A DNA stretch of 64,000 nt from Vermamoeba vermiformis (taxonomy: Eukaryota). The notes under the pieces were generated by a model. That model saw nothing but the letters and a program-made list of their open reading frames with translations. It searched no databases and was not told the DNA's origin. The DNA is taken from positions 372,001 through 436,000 of the forward strand of contig JBEWZL010000266.1 of assembly GCA_045837725.1 (NCBI GenBank), in the 5' to 3' direction. Both the position numbers and the translations under genes were made by a program. Below are positions 11,826-25,829 of the stretch, one piece after another (the first letter of the stretch is position 1; each line of letters opens with the position of its first letter).

Positions 11826-14092
11826 ATGAGCGCAGATGAGGACACCATGAGCGAAGAGCTCGAAATAGAAGATGACGACGAAACTAAATTAGTTATAAAT
11901 AATGGAAAATACGAGTGCGATACGGATAACGAAGATGAATGGCCAGAGGAATATAAATCCGGATTCATCGAACCTCCAACGACTTCAAGTTCTGATGTTA
12001 AGAAAGAAAGCGAGGCACCCTCGAAAGGAATCACACGAGCAAAACCTTTTAGCGGATTGCAATGGAGCGTATTGGAGGCCAAACTCGGATCGCATCTTCA
12101 AGACTACATCCAGCAGTACGAAAAGAAGTACGTCGATCCTAAAAGTGTGGAACAAATAACTGAAGGTAAGTAACGATATTTCTAAGCTATATTAGTACAT
12201 TGCAAACGAAATTTACGAATTTTCTGCGTCGATCTTCCTTAACTTTCGCCTTAGGAAAATTACCTCTGTCCTTCAACGTGGTTACGCGAAATCATAAGAC
12301 AGTACTCGGGCAGTTCTGGAAATTCGTGCAGTTCTATGAACCAAAACACACCCTATCGCTTCTGGATGTTGTATCCAAAACTCGCCTAACCGCTTTCTCT
12401 CGATTTTTGATGAAAAGGCAAGTAATGCGTACCACGTGATATTAATGTATCTCTACGTTATTTTCATCCACAAATTTTTCATATTGTTCGTGATCCTGGC
12501 TAATTCTCAGCATCCAGGTACAACGAGCCTCAAACAATATCAAATAAGCTAGGCCATTTAACCCGCGTACTCGTGTGGTTAGGGGAGCACCCAGATTACA
12601 CGCCTCATCACAAGCACATCTTAGAGTGTCGCACTTACCTCCGCAGACTTATCAAGCCATTCGAGCAAGCCAAGCGCGAGAACAAGAGCGCGAAACAAAG
12701 TTTGAAGAAGGCTAAAGGTACGTCTAAACATTGCTAGTAACCAAGATTCTTTGCGAGAGAGGGTCTGGTCCCATTTGGAAATTTCATTGTGGATACATTC
12801 TGAGAACCAAGTTTTTTTGTCAAATTGAACCCATAACAATCATTTTCACGTCGTATCCTCATAATTAATAAGCGTGTTATGCTCATTTGCTGTTGGCGAG
12901 AGACATTGGTGCATGCAAGTGAGAATGAATTCTTACGTGGATGCGGGTACTGGAAAAGTTCCGTTCTGCGTTGGTATAGTTCTCACTGTGCAGTCCCATG
13001 GCGATACTTCGACTTCTTTCAATTTATCAGATAGTATCAATATGCGGGTGCACAGGAGGAGAACACACTACTAAATACTTCGTTGTTTGACTCTGACGGA
13101 GGCAACAGTCTCTGAAGGAGTCGTCATATCCCCCCACTGTAGCGCGAGTTACGGTGTACCATCGCTTGACGCAATCACCAGTCCCCGCCGTTCAATTCTT
13201 TTTTTTTTGGCATTGCCTTTCCTTTGAGCACTCACGTTTAGGCAAACTATTAATCGCAACATGACTAATCTGCATTACTTAGGACGATTCATGACGGGCG
13301 AAGAGATCAGCAAGTTAAAAGAAGAGTTGGAACAAGAACTGAAAAGATCGGAAAAAGAACTTACGGTGCTGATCCAAAGTAAGAGCGTCACCAAGAAGTT
13401 TGCTGTAGACTTCCAAACGAGGCTACAAACGCTACTGCTGCTCGAAAGAGATATCCATATTCGAGACGTGATCGTCAACATCGCTCAACATAAAGTCTCG
13501 CGAATTAGTGGGGTCAAGTCAGAAAATTCGCACGAAGAATTGCAACGAGGAAGTGAAGCACCGAGTTTCTCCGTTGCTCCTTTGAAGGTGTCAAGCTTAA
13601 GAGACTCCACTGATATGGCAGAAATAGCTATCAATGTCTTGTGCTCTGCAGCAACAAATCAAATCATGAGCGAGTGTCAGAACACAACTGAACCACGAGA
13701 CAATATTGCGACGTCATCTGACGAGACCGCACCGAATGTTAAGCACAATCCGAATAGCGTTATACAACTACCAGCTCAATTGTATGACTGGTATGTCTTG
13801 TTCAAGGAGAAGGTGAGTTGCACACCCCGAGATAATGCGTACACTTTTGTGTTCTAAATTTGAATTAATTAACGCAGATTCGACCGTATCTCTCCCCGAT
13901 AATATCGGTCGATTACGCGTGGATCGCAGCGAATACAGGCAGTGTACAGCAATCAAATCAAATGACGATAGCGATTCAAACTTTTCTTGCCCAGAAGTTT
14001 CCAGGGAAGAAAATCGGGCCTTTGGACTTGAAACGATCGATGACAGAAGCGAGAAAATTAATGAAATCGAATTGCGAGCAAGGTCTCAATGA
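11826..14092 (+). CDS. Uncharacterised protein with tyrosine-recombinase/integrase-like N-terminal and partial catalytic-domain similarity
   Basis: The spliced ORF reads: acidic N-terminus; TRNHKTVLGQFWKF; LTAFSRFLMKRYNEPQTISNKLGHLTRVLVWL; GRFMTGEEISKL; LQTLLLLERDIHIRDVIVN; IQLPAQLYDWYVLFKEKV. The 3' exon structure is uncertain. Confidence 0.5.
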
Positions 14093-14467
14093 GATTTAAG
14101 AACCGTAACTATGCGTATGTGGTCAAATATACTTTCTGTAAATAAATCGCCGAAGCGGGCATGCGAAAGATATTGTATATGCTTGTATAAGTGACGATAT
14201 AAAGAACAAGCGGATTGCTAGCTCGGAGTCAATTCCCGACGATTGGGGCACCATTTGATCCAAAATAGGATCCGTCAATAGGTGACATTTTGTGCTTTGT
14301 ACGAGATTCTAGCGGTGCTATCCGCCACTAACTTTAGACTAACTCTAAATGTAGCATATTTATCGTCATCGAGAGGCAAGCAAAAATTTATAATACAATG
14401 TAACAAAAAAAGGGGTTGCGCAATGAAAAGTTTTGTTTCAGTTTGCTAAATCATTTCAGCAACGACA

Positions 14468-16776
14468 ATGAGCGCTTCAACAACCGAGCAGGTTTCAAAT
14501 ATTACATTAAATGACGTTAAGGCAGCGGCTGAAAGAATTAAGGTAGATGTCTAAATCCGTTACTGCGATCTTTCGAAGATCTAGCCGGCATTTTTGCTTG
14601 CTAACAAATCAATAATAATTTTTAATATTTCTATACAATTATCCTCTTTATGGAACACTTGGCGGTTACCTTTGATTTAAATTCATCCAGTCAATTTAAA
14701 AATCCGTTTAAAAATTCGCTTTTATAATAACGGACACGCGATAGTACTGCTTTATAATATTCTTTAATTTTTGCACGGGCTATTTTAATTAAACTCTGCT
14801 ACTCAATTTTTTTTTACAGTTATGCCAAATTTCGGTGGCAGGAGCACGACACCCCAGCAGCCTTTATATTAATCATCTTCATATTGGCAGGGAGTAGCGC
14901 ACAGAACACCAGTATTGACGTGCTCAGCTTTGGATGAACTGGCTGGATCTCAATTACACTTCAAATGCGAGAACTTTCAAAAGGTGCGTGATTTTGAGGG
15001 TTGCTTGGCTATTATCTCGATAATATGCGAATATAAGCTAATTATGATGCACATCTAGGTCGGAGCATTCAAATTTCGAGGCGCTTACAATTCTGTATCG
15101 AAATTGCCTGACGAAGAGGTCAAAAAAGGAGTCGTATGTATTATTCAGCGTATTAATTCGCGTTTTATAAGTTATTTGCTCCAATAATCAATATTGGCGA
15201 TAAATTCTACGAATAATAACTTCGCAGAAATTATTTTGTACTGGATCCGTTTTCGTACAAATATTTTATGGCTTGGTTTTAGCCATAAATAAATTATCCG
15301 ACGCATCACTAATATACAAAACGTGTTATTAGGTCACTCATAGCAGCGGAAACCATGCGCAAGCTTTAGCTCTTGCCGCGAAATTGAAAGGAGTTCCGGC
15401 CTACATCGTTATGCCAGGTAATTTCAAATTACATTCAAACTTTTATTATATTAAGCTTAGTAATATAAAGAGGGAGCTCCTAAAGTCAAAAAGAATGCAG
15501 TTATCGGATACGGCGCCAAAGTTATCGAATGCGCGAATAATCTTCAAGCCAGAGAAGACACTGCTAATAAAGTAAGGATCTATATGACTTAACCATTATA
15601 TTCATATATAATATAGACTAATGCGATCTTCTTTAGGTCGTTCAAGAAACTGGAGCGACATTTATCCATCCCTATGATTATCAAGTACGAAAAGATTCGA
15701 GATGTATTTCCGACTTTACCGATTAATTTACGATTTTATTATTAAATAGCCCGTAATAGAAGGTCAAGGAACTGCTGGCTTAGAACTATTGGAAGAAGTG
15801 CCAGATCTAGACGTCATTGTCGCACCCGTCGGTGGCGGTGGATTAGTAAGGGCATTTATGATTTTTGTAGTATATATACTAAAGTATTAATTTAATGACA
15901 GCTGAGCGGAACTTGCATTGCGGCGAAGGGAATTAATCCAAATATCAAAATTATTGCTGGAGAACCAAAAGGTTTGGATGCGTTCGCAGATTCGTTTTAT
16001 GGAACCAAAACGCTTATAATATAATATGATAGGCGCCGATGATGCTTATAGGTCGATGCAAGCTGGAGTTCTCATCCCACAAACGAATCCCGTTACGATC
16101 GCGGACGGTAGGAAAATTCTTGAAACAAAATGTGATTGGTTCTTAATTAAAGATCTTTCCTTAAATATTCTAGTAATATAGTAACATGATTCAATATAGG
16201 TCTCAAAACTAGCTTGGGTAATTTGAATTGGGCTATTATTCAAAGGAATGTTGAGCGGATAATTACCGTAAGCGAAGAAGAAATCAAAAGAGCGATGAGG
16301 CTGATATGGGAGAGAATGAAAATTGTAAGTATATTACTTAAAGCATATAATTTAGTTGAATCAATACACAGCAAAGAAAAAATATTTAGTCGCGCGTGCA
16401 GATCAATCGTGCTTTTGTTTTCTTGACGTATTAAATAGATACTCTATACAACACGCGAAGGCGATAAAAGTGATACGACATAAATTAGCGATATTTTCTC
16501 GCGCCGTTCGGATTGAAATTAAAATACGCCATCCTGCGTAACGATCCAATTTGCAATGAGATTGGCATGAATTGAATTTTATGGATTACTTACTAAAATA
16601 CGTATCGATAGGTAGTTGAACCTTCAGGGGCGGTCCCGTTTGCCGTAACTTTGACAGATGAATTTCGGTCTTACGGCTTCAAAAAGGTTGGGATCGTGCT
16701 CTCGGGAGGCAACGTGGACTTAGACGAGTGGAATGGTCATGAGGCTTTAAGGTTTTGGGTGTGTTTGATTATTTAA
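14468..16776 (+). CDS. SRR: Serine racemase / catabolic threonine dehydratase family PLP enzyme (multi-exon)
   Basis: [26 protein letters not shown] (PLP lysine), [41 protein letters not shown]. The last ~14 codons abut a homopolymer block and may be unreliable. Confidence 0.9.
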
Positions 16777-16785
16777 AAATAATTT

Positions 16786-16787
<2 letters not shown>

Positions 16788-16824
<37 letters not shown>

Positions 16825-16850
16825 GAGAAAAAAAAAAAAAAAAGGGGGGG
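16788..16850. repeat. Homopolymer block: T-run, A-run, G-run
   Basis: About 32 T (16788-16819), 16 A (16828-16843) and 7 G (16844-16850), seen directly. Confidence 0.9.
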
Positions 16851-17556
16851 AAGAATTTTTATTAATTGATGTATTTCCATCATAGAGCTTAAGTACGACC
16901 GCTTACCGTTAGATTCTGACGGAAAAGCAGAATCAATCCGTCTTAAACTGGATAAGATCGAAGGAATTATGGCTTAATTTTAGGAAATTATTACTGAAAC
17001 ATGACGTTATGATGATAAATGCTTGAAATAGATCATTCGGGTATGGGCAGAGTTACAATCTGCAAACTCACATCGAAACCGCGGGCTCGTTTGCTCTGTT
17101 CGCAGCGGATGCATGTCGGCAATCCATGGATGAGTTTATCCGCAGTGGCATTATCGTTAGTAAAATCGGGCGTGAATTATTAGCCATTTACGATGAATTT
17201 GCAATCTTTTCTTCCAAATGCACGACAGCTCCGCGACTTGATGATCCAATAAATAACATTATTCTCGTGTTGCGCATCAATTCTACACTTAAAGTAAATG
17301 ATTTCGTTCGTGCGCCGAATTTTTAGGTGTAAAGATCCCAAATAGGCAAATTCAAGGGATGACTAATCCATAAGTCGCAAATAGGGTGAAAGATCCAGGG
17401 AAAGGATTTAATTTAACTTTAATTTGACTATTGGGGAGCACAAATATTCATCGAACGCAATTTAGGGGCGGACAAACCAAAAAATTCGTATTTTTTTTCT
17501 CTTCGACCAATGAACACCATAATTAAGATAGAATGGGATATATAAAGACATAAAAC

Positions 17557-19568
17557 ATGGTTAGATTCAAAACAAAACCGCATAGGAGCGTGAAGAAAGA
17601 AGAGACATCTGATCCGACTCCGAAACATTCGATTATTATTGTAAATATTAACAAAAGCCAAAATGAGAACAAAGAGGTGAAAGAACCATCGCCAAAGGTA
17701 TTATATAGATGCATCTGATTTAATCCAGGAAAAGAGATATTCTTAAAACACAGGTCCAATCCACGCGCTGTTTTTTCTGTCTACTTTTTGTATCACTCAA
17801 TACCTCGTATTAACGTTTCCTTATTTTTTCTTAAAGATAGTAGAGAGGACAAGCTCAGAAAAAACGGATGAGCTCAATAAGCATCCCTTAGAAGAGCTCG
17901 AGGGCGTTCCGAAGTTAACAGATCTGCAGCGTAAGTCATAAAGAATTAAAAGCACCGAATTATAAACCCTTTCGTTAGGGATGATAACATCTGCAATATT
18001 GATCCACGGAGAACCCTGTCCTTTTGATAAGATGGCAGAATTCATCTCTCAGGTAAGCACATCTACCGACCGAGAAAAAAAACGCAAAAGAAATTAGTTT
18101 CTTCGCATCCAAACGTCTTATAAATATACCTGTCTTCAAGCATGCGCTAAAATAGGACCCACCATTCTTTATCACAGCGAGATTTTGAAGCCGAAAAAAT
18201 TTCTATAAATAGAAATATTCCTTTTTTTCATCAGACCCTTTGCAAGTTAAAATTTATCACGAATAGATACGCAATAGGTCTGTGTTAGTTTCTAACTATC
18301 TATTTCACTTGGTTCTAGCGATGGCGAGGGCTTCGGATCCGCCGCCGAGACGGGACCCCTTACACGACCGATTATAGGCGCGCAATTAAAGCAAATTTGC
18401 GTCTTAATCCAAATCAAATTGCACTGTTTAAGGTAAATATAATCGCATTCAATTAATTAGAGTACAGTTTGTGGCAGTTGATTTAACGGTTCACTTTTCA
18501 GCGAGATCCACTCGATAAAGATATGTGGTACCTTGTTAGGACTATGGACGAAGCAATCAGCTTATCGGTAAATAGTTTTTCCCTTGACACCTCGTTACAT
18601 GCGGACGTTTTTACATGCACGCGCATTGACATTTCGACAGAAAACTGACGTGCGAGGGATGACGAAACGATCCCCGCTGCCTGAGCACGAAGATGAAAGC
18701 AACGTAGTAGACAGCGAGATGATCGATGAAGACGCATTATCGCTAGATCAGCCTGCATCCGCTTCGCGATCTGAGGATGACTTTAATTCTGATAGTAATA
18801 TGCCAAAATCTGAAAGCGAGCAGAATCAGTCGAATACGAATGTCATTACTTTGAAGAAAGAACCAATTACGCAACAGTACACCAATTGGGTAAGATCCGA
18901 GCGAGAAATTTTGGTTGGAATCACAAGTTTTTACTGAGTCACACAATAAATAGGGAAAGAAAGATATTGAAGAGAAGAAAGAGGATGATTACATAGAGCT
19001 TACGGAATTACAAAGTAAGAAGAGTATTATGTTATTAATTGCTTTTGAATCAAATATTCTCTTGCCGAAATGACAATTTACTCGATTTGCGTTTTATTGG
19101 TAAACTATTTATTAATCGACACTATTTTTAGCACTGGTCTCGACTGGGATCAAAAATATTGGCCAATACGCAACAGTTGATCAAATATATGAATATGTGT
19201 CACCAGTAAGTTGCGGCGGAACAAAGTTTTACTGTCATTTTTGATTAACGGCTTGTTTTTCCGTTTAATTTAGCTATGGGGCACTGTGCGAGGGCCTAAT
19301 AAGCAGCCGAAAACCACAGATTGTCGGCGTGCCATTATCACGTGCTTATCAAAAACAAGTTACCTCCAGCTATTCGTCGTAAGTCAAGAATTATACGCAG
19401 CGTTTAAATCGATGTATATGCATCCATATTAATGTATTTTAGCGAAATCCAACGGAGTACGCTTCGTGGGGATTAGGCGTGGATCATCCGTGGATAAAAA
19501 AAGCACGGCTGGAGCAATCTCCAAACAGCAATATAAGTCAAAACTCAAATATGAAATCAATCAATTGA
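17557..19568 (+). CDS. Protein with two tandem winged-helix-like domains (putative DNA/chromatin binder; multi-exon)
   Basis: The spliced exons give two internally homologous units: LTDLQRMITSAILIHGEPCPFDKMAEFISQRW..DGTPYTTDYRRAIKANL..LFKRDP..W and LTELQTLVSTGIKNIGQYATVDQIYEYVSPLW..KTTDCRRAIITCL..LFVRNP..W. An acidic linker separates them. Confidence 0.65.
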
Positions 19569-19869
19569 ACTACGCAATAGGCGTCACGTAATACCATTGC
19601 CTTACGGAATAATATACATAGTCTGAAATTAGTCGCGACTCCTCCAAAGGAAATTTTGTTAGTTTATCCTTTGGAAGTCGTTTAATACGTAAATAGTTTC
19701 ATCGAATAATGTGTTAAATAGTACTTTAATATATATTGAATAAATCGTAAATAACGCTACACAGTCGCCTAAAATTTCAATAATTCCAAAAAAGGAAACT
19801 TCGGTAAATTATCACAAGTTGTTCCCACGAAACAGAATCTCTCTTCTGCGAGGTCAAGGCTACGGAAAG

Positions 19870-21676
19870 TTATTCTTTAGCGTCGATGATACCTTCATCG
19901 GCAATCTGATAAACCTACAGCAAAGGATCCAGGTCAGCCCCAAAATTTGGCAAACGTTCGCCAAAAAAAAACTCTTACCGCTTCGGCTTCTGGTAAGCAC
20001 GGCGAGTCATATATCTTGCATACACGTTGCTCACCTCGTCCTTTTCTATATAGAGCGAATGTACATCAATAAGGGTAGCGCCAAATATGGTAAAATTCAA
20101 GTTGACTCACCTTAAATACAAACGGGTGGTGGAAGCATGCGCTAACACGTTGCCACCAATAGGTTTCTGTGTATATGTTAGCATGTTTGGCTCGAGCAGA
20201 CAGAAGTCACTTCGCTTACTTTTGGATCGGCAACGAACATCGCAGCGCCTCCGGGATCGCTCATGACTTGATTAGTGATGAATACTACATGAGCAGTAAG
20301 TCAAGTATTTACTTTGGATAAACTTAATGAAACAGATCTGCTTACCAGCGACGTTGAACTCCGATGCGATCTTGATCAGTTTGCTCAAGGTCGCTCCGAG
20401 CGCCTGTTGCCGAGCAGATAGCTCACCACGACCGCTAAAGTCGACCTAATTATTGCATGAATTAATTGGCAATTACTCAGAGAGAACGCTTACCCGAAAC
20501 AGCGCAGTTATCGAATCCACTACAAGCAGCGCGAATCGCTCTTCGACCATTTTGGCAGCAATCATTGTGATTAAAGCATCTTGGTGTTCGTACGTGTAGG
20601 CCCTTAGCAATGGGTAAGCAAGTTCAGAGCAGATTGGATCGAAACGTACCGTGCGTAAAAGATGTTGTTTAACGTTTGGTTAGGGTCCAAGCCAAAGCGA
20701 TCTAACACAAATGTAAGTGTTGTCCATTTTATCTTTAATCTCCCTTACTAGCTATCGGCGTAATTCTCTCCGGGCGGCTGAGATTAATTTCTATTATTAG
20801 AAATATCCAAAAAAGGAAAATCAACTCGAACTTACAATGTGCCTTCAGTGTCGATAAATGCAACGCGCCCGTTGCCACCTGTTTAGTACGTAAGTGACGA
20901 GTTGTTGCAACGAAGTAGAAAACTGACCGGATGCGTCTATCGGAAGTTGCGCCGTTACACAAAGAGTGTGGCATAGCTGTGTCTTTCCTATGATATGGAG
21001 CATTATAATCGAGCTCTAAATATGATATATAGGTGGTTGCCTACCGGTTCGGAACTCGCCGAAAGCCTCCGTAATTCCCATGGTCTCGACGCCGCCTCCT
21101 GTTGATGGTAAAGTTATCTATAGTGAGGGTCATTCTGTTAGACGTACCTAATAGCTTATCGAGAATACTACTGCCGGTTGTTAGCTTCAGGACTTGCTTT
21201 CTTTTGTTTAGGGCTTCGTACGCGGTAATGAAGGACGACGCCTGACAATTAGTGAGTACTTATTAGACAATGTAAACACTCTTACATGCAGCTTAGAGCA
21301 AGCCTCGATGAGCTTGTCCACTTTGGCTTCGGATAGGCCTTTGATCTGCGCGAGATCCTGTTGATCCGAGAAATGTCAACTTTCAATGCGAGACGAGTTG
21401 TTATCACTAATGAGCCGTACCTTTTTAGTTCTCATCATGACTCCTGCGACTGTATGAATTCCAGCGACTTTGAGCTTCGCGATGTCGCCTGTAACGAAGG
21501 TTTAGTTATCAATGTTGACAGAGTAGTAGCAGAGCCTTACCTGCATTGATACCGACGCTTTGAAGGCGATCAATGCTGACTATGCCATCGTCTTCTCCAT
21601 CGACGTCTTCCATCTCGTTGTCTTCCTCTTCGACTTCCTTCTCCTTCTCTTTCTCCTTGCGAACGGATCTGCTCAT
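19870..21676 (-). CDS. DMC1: Meiotic recombinase DMC1 (about 15 exons)
   Basis: [110 protein letters not shown] and DPKKP are DMC1-type rather than RAD51-type. Confidence 0.9.
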
Positions 21677-21782
21677 TGTTGATGCTTGCGTCGAGTAGTT
21701 ATAGCTAAAAGACTAGGCTTGTTGTATCGAATTGAAGTAAGCGAAATTGAATGAAACAAAGCGAACAAAAATTTCGTTTTGA

Positions 21783-21793
21783 ACGCGTCGCGT
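21783..21793. promoter_or_regulatory. ACGCGT/CGCGT (MCB-like) elements in the DMC1-UPRT divergent promoter
   Basis: gaACGCGTCGCGTac lies ~110 bp upstream of the DMC1 ATG. An ATTGG box (~21833) and TTTGGCGG (~21893) are in the same spacer. Function is inferred only. Confidence 0.25.
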
Positions 21794-22108
21794 ACTGGAA
21801 ATAAAATTGATAAAATTAAAAGGAGTTCGCGGATTGGTCAACTCGATCAAATTTTCAGTGAATGGTAAGCGATGTTATATTTAGAAATCGTTTTTGGCGG
21901 CAGCGTTTTCACTGAACCAGATGCATTAAGGTACAGCGAGCTATTGAGCCTTATTGAACTAACTAATTATATTATAGACATACCATATCATAACAAATGC
22001 AGGCAATAACTAGTATTCCATTGAGTCTATCGTAACTGAAACGAGCGCGATCCAAAATTGCCATTTCGTTAGTTTTTGAACTACTAGCAACACAGACCAA
22101 CATTCATA

Positions 22109-23359
<1,251 letters not shown>

Positions 23360-23869
23360 ACAGAACAATACCGCGTCAAATTCACTGAACCATTCGTTCA
23401 TTAATGAATGTAGTTGCGATAAACATAATCAATTACACTCACTCATATTGAAACACTCAACTGACCAACTTACAAACGTCCAATCGCTTTCAGCATGGTA
23501 CGTGCATAGTATACTTATTGACGTATTATTATATATTATATATTGTGCGATGAGCGGTGATAGTCCGCGCTTAACGACAGAATCACGCGAATCAAAGGTT
23601 GAAGTTGTCTAATTTTGGAAATGACACTTTTTGGCGACGGCCAATCGGGGATTCTAATTTGTGGGAGACACGATTCATGAAAACTGAGAACTATTCACGG
23701 ATTGTACGAATAACCGACCTAGAACTGCCAGGTAAGGCGATAAACAAATGACTTTAGGTCTTTTTATAGAGAATAGCATCACAAAAAGACACCTATTTGA
23801 GCGTTCTTTGGGTTCTATCTCGAAGCAGCTTAATTTTATTCAATTATAAGGCATTAACTAATTTACATT

Positions 23870-25829
23870 TCATTGGGTTAAACTATTTTTGCTACGCGAA
23901 GAACGTTGTTTGATCCATTGGACTACCGCTGTATTGTTTCTATACTTTGTTGCTATATTTAGAGCTTCTTGTGGGTCCCAAGGACATCCATTTTCAATTG
24001 CGTAAAGGAAGCACGGGAATACGTTCTCGAATGTTTTAAGACCGGAAGTGATGGTAGTTTCAGTCCAAGGTGCACCATTCTCATGCGCGTATTTCAGCAT
24101 TTCCAATTGTCCACTCTGCATTATAACGCTGCAGGTATCGTCGTTCCAGGGGATGCCTCTTTCGAACAAAATCTTGAGCGTTGCAAGCGAGTTCGAATTC
24201 GCGGCGTAATCCATTGTTAAGTCGTCCCAAGGACCTAAACACGAATAGTTGTGTAAATATATCGATTAAAAGGGAGTTCAAGTAGGCACTTACATCCGTT
24301 ATCTAGTGCATATGTAAGGCACTGAAGGTTACCGGCCTTTGCTGCGAATGCGCAAGTCAGCTCATCCCAAGGACAGTTGTTTTCGTGCAGATATTTTAAC
24401 AGGTCAAGATTTCCTAATCGAGCAGCAGTGGTGCATATATCGGCACTTGTAAACCGGCATCCGCGCTTGTGCAAATATTGAATTGTTGGAAGTAAGTTAT
24501 CGCTGGGATCGTACATCACCCTGTCAATAATATCTGTTGGCCATGGCAAACCGCGATCCATTAAATACTTCAAGCAGTCAATATTGCCACTACGCGCTAC
24601 TCGTAGTGTCACATTTGCCACTGTCATGACAAGTTAATAGCAGATCTTTAAGTATACTCGTATCATACGTACTTGCGCCGGGTCCCAAACTGCAACCGTC
24701 TCCTTCCCAAGGACACCCGTTATCAATTAAGTACTTGAGAACTTCATAGTTAGGGCAAGCTTGATGTATTGCATTGTCATCCCAAGGACCTACAATGTAA
24801 TTAGTATACGTGTCACAAAAGCAAGTGTCAAAGTGTCACTTGCATCCTTTCGCTCGTAATTCTTCGACAAGCTCCACGTCATTCATCTGTGCCACTGAGG
24901 CCATTAACTCGGTAGTCAACGGTACTCCATTTGCGATTGCCAATCGGAGGTACTCCACGTCTCCTCGCCTTGCTGCTGCCTTCCAGGCATCATCACCTTT
25001 CAATCGAAATCCTTTGTCTAGGAAGTACTGCAAGGTTGCTGCACTCGTTGCGTGGTTAATATTTTGTTCTTGCAAAGCGGCGTATTGTTCGAGGTATTTG
25101 ACCATTTCAAGATTTCCTGACTCCGCAGCGCACTGAGCAAGATAAGGAAAGTACTCGAAATTGTCCACAACTTTTCTAAGAATTAATATTATACTGAGCA
25201 TAATTCGGTAAACCGTACCACTCGAAAATAATTTGAACATCTCGACGTGACCGGATCTCACAGCACGTGGAATAGTATCGAGAAGTGTCGGTTTTACGCC
25301 TTTATCTATAAGATACTTAGCGATATGAATATGCTTTTGAGCTGTAGCCTCGAGAAGGGCGTCAGGATCTGGGGATCTTCCAAAATCTTCTACTATCACC
25401 TTCAAACAATCAACGTGCCCTGAACGAGCAATAATTCTTTGAGTATCTGCTTTTACTTGCGCGCCATTTTCCAACGCATATTTTAGTAGAGAGGCGAAGC
25501 CATTGGTGCCACAGTAGTTTGTAACGTTGTCGACAAAAGCTGCTATTGGCAGTTTTATATTATTTGTTAGTCGGTAGAATTGTTTGGATACTACTTGAAG
25601 GACGAGGATAATTGCTTTGCGAGATGCGACTGGAAACCCTGGCGCCGGATCGCAAATTGCAAAATTAAGTATCGTGGCCCACATCTCTGTCGGGAGCTAT
25701 AATAATGAATAGTATTTAATTTGTAAATCCTTAAGGAGGGCTCATAATTACGAAATAATTTAATAACGGCTAAAATTTATTCTTTACCTGGAGCACGTGC
25801 TGATATTCGTCTTGGAAAATATGTGACAT
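23870..25829 (-). CDS. F-box-like + ankyrin repeat (GCPW-type) protein
   Basis: The N-terminus LPTEMWATILNF..VLQVVSKQFY is F-box-like. Many AA..G.L..LKYL..NGCPWD repeats follow. One intron has a GC donor (24790-24843). Confidence 0.8.

Noticed and set aside
12719-13282. Possible nested antisense gene in the long intron of the recombinase-like gene
   Set aside because: There are minus-strand GTAAG/CAG-like signals and short open stretches, but I could not assemble a coherent ORF or recognise a motif.
17126-17326. 66-aa plus-strand ORF as a standalone gene
   Set aside because: It has no recognisable domain or supported exon chain and lies next to a suspect homopolymer junction.
19870-21676. 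Calling the recombinase RAD51
   Set aside because: [24 protein letters not shown] and DPKKP match DMC1. RAD51 typically has ELFGEFR, RAYNTDHQ and TDYSGRGEL.
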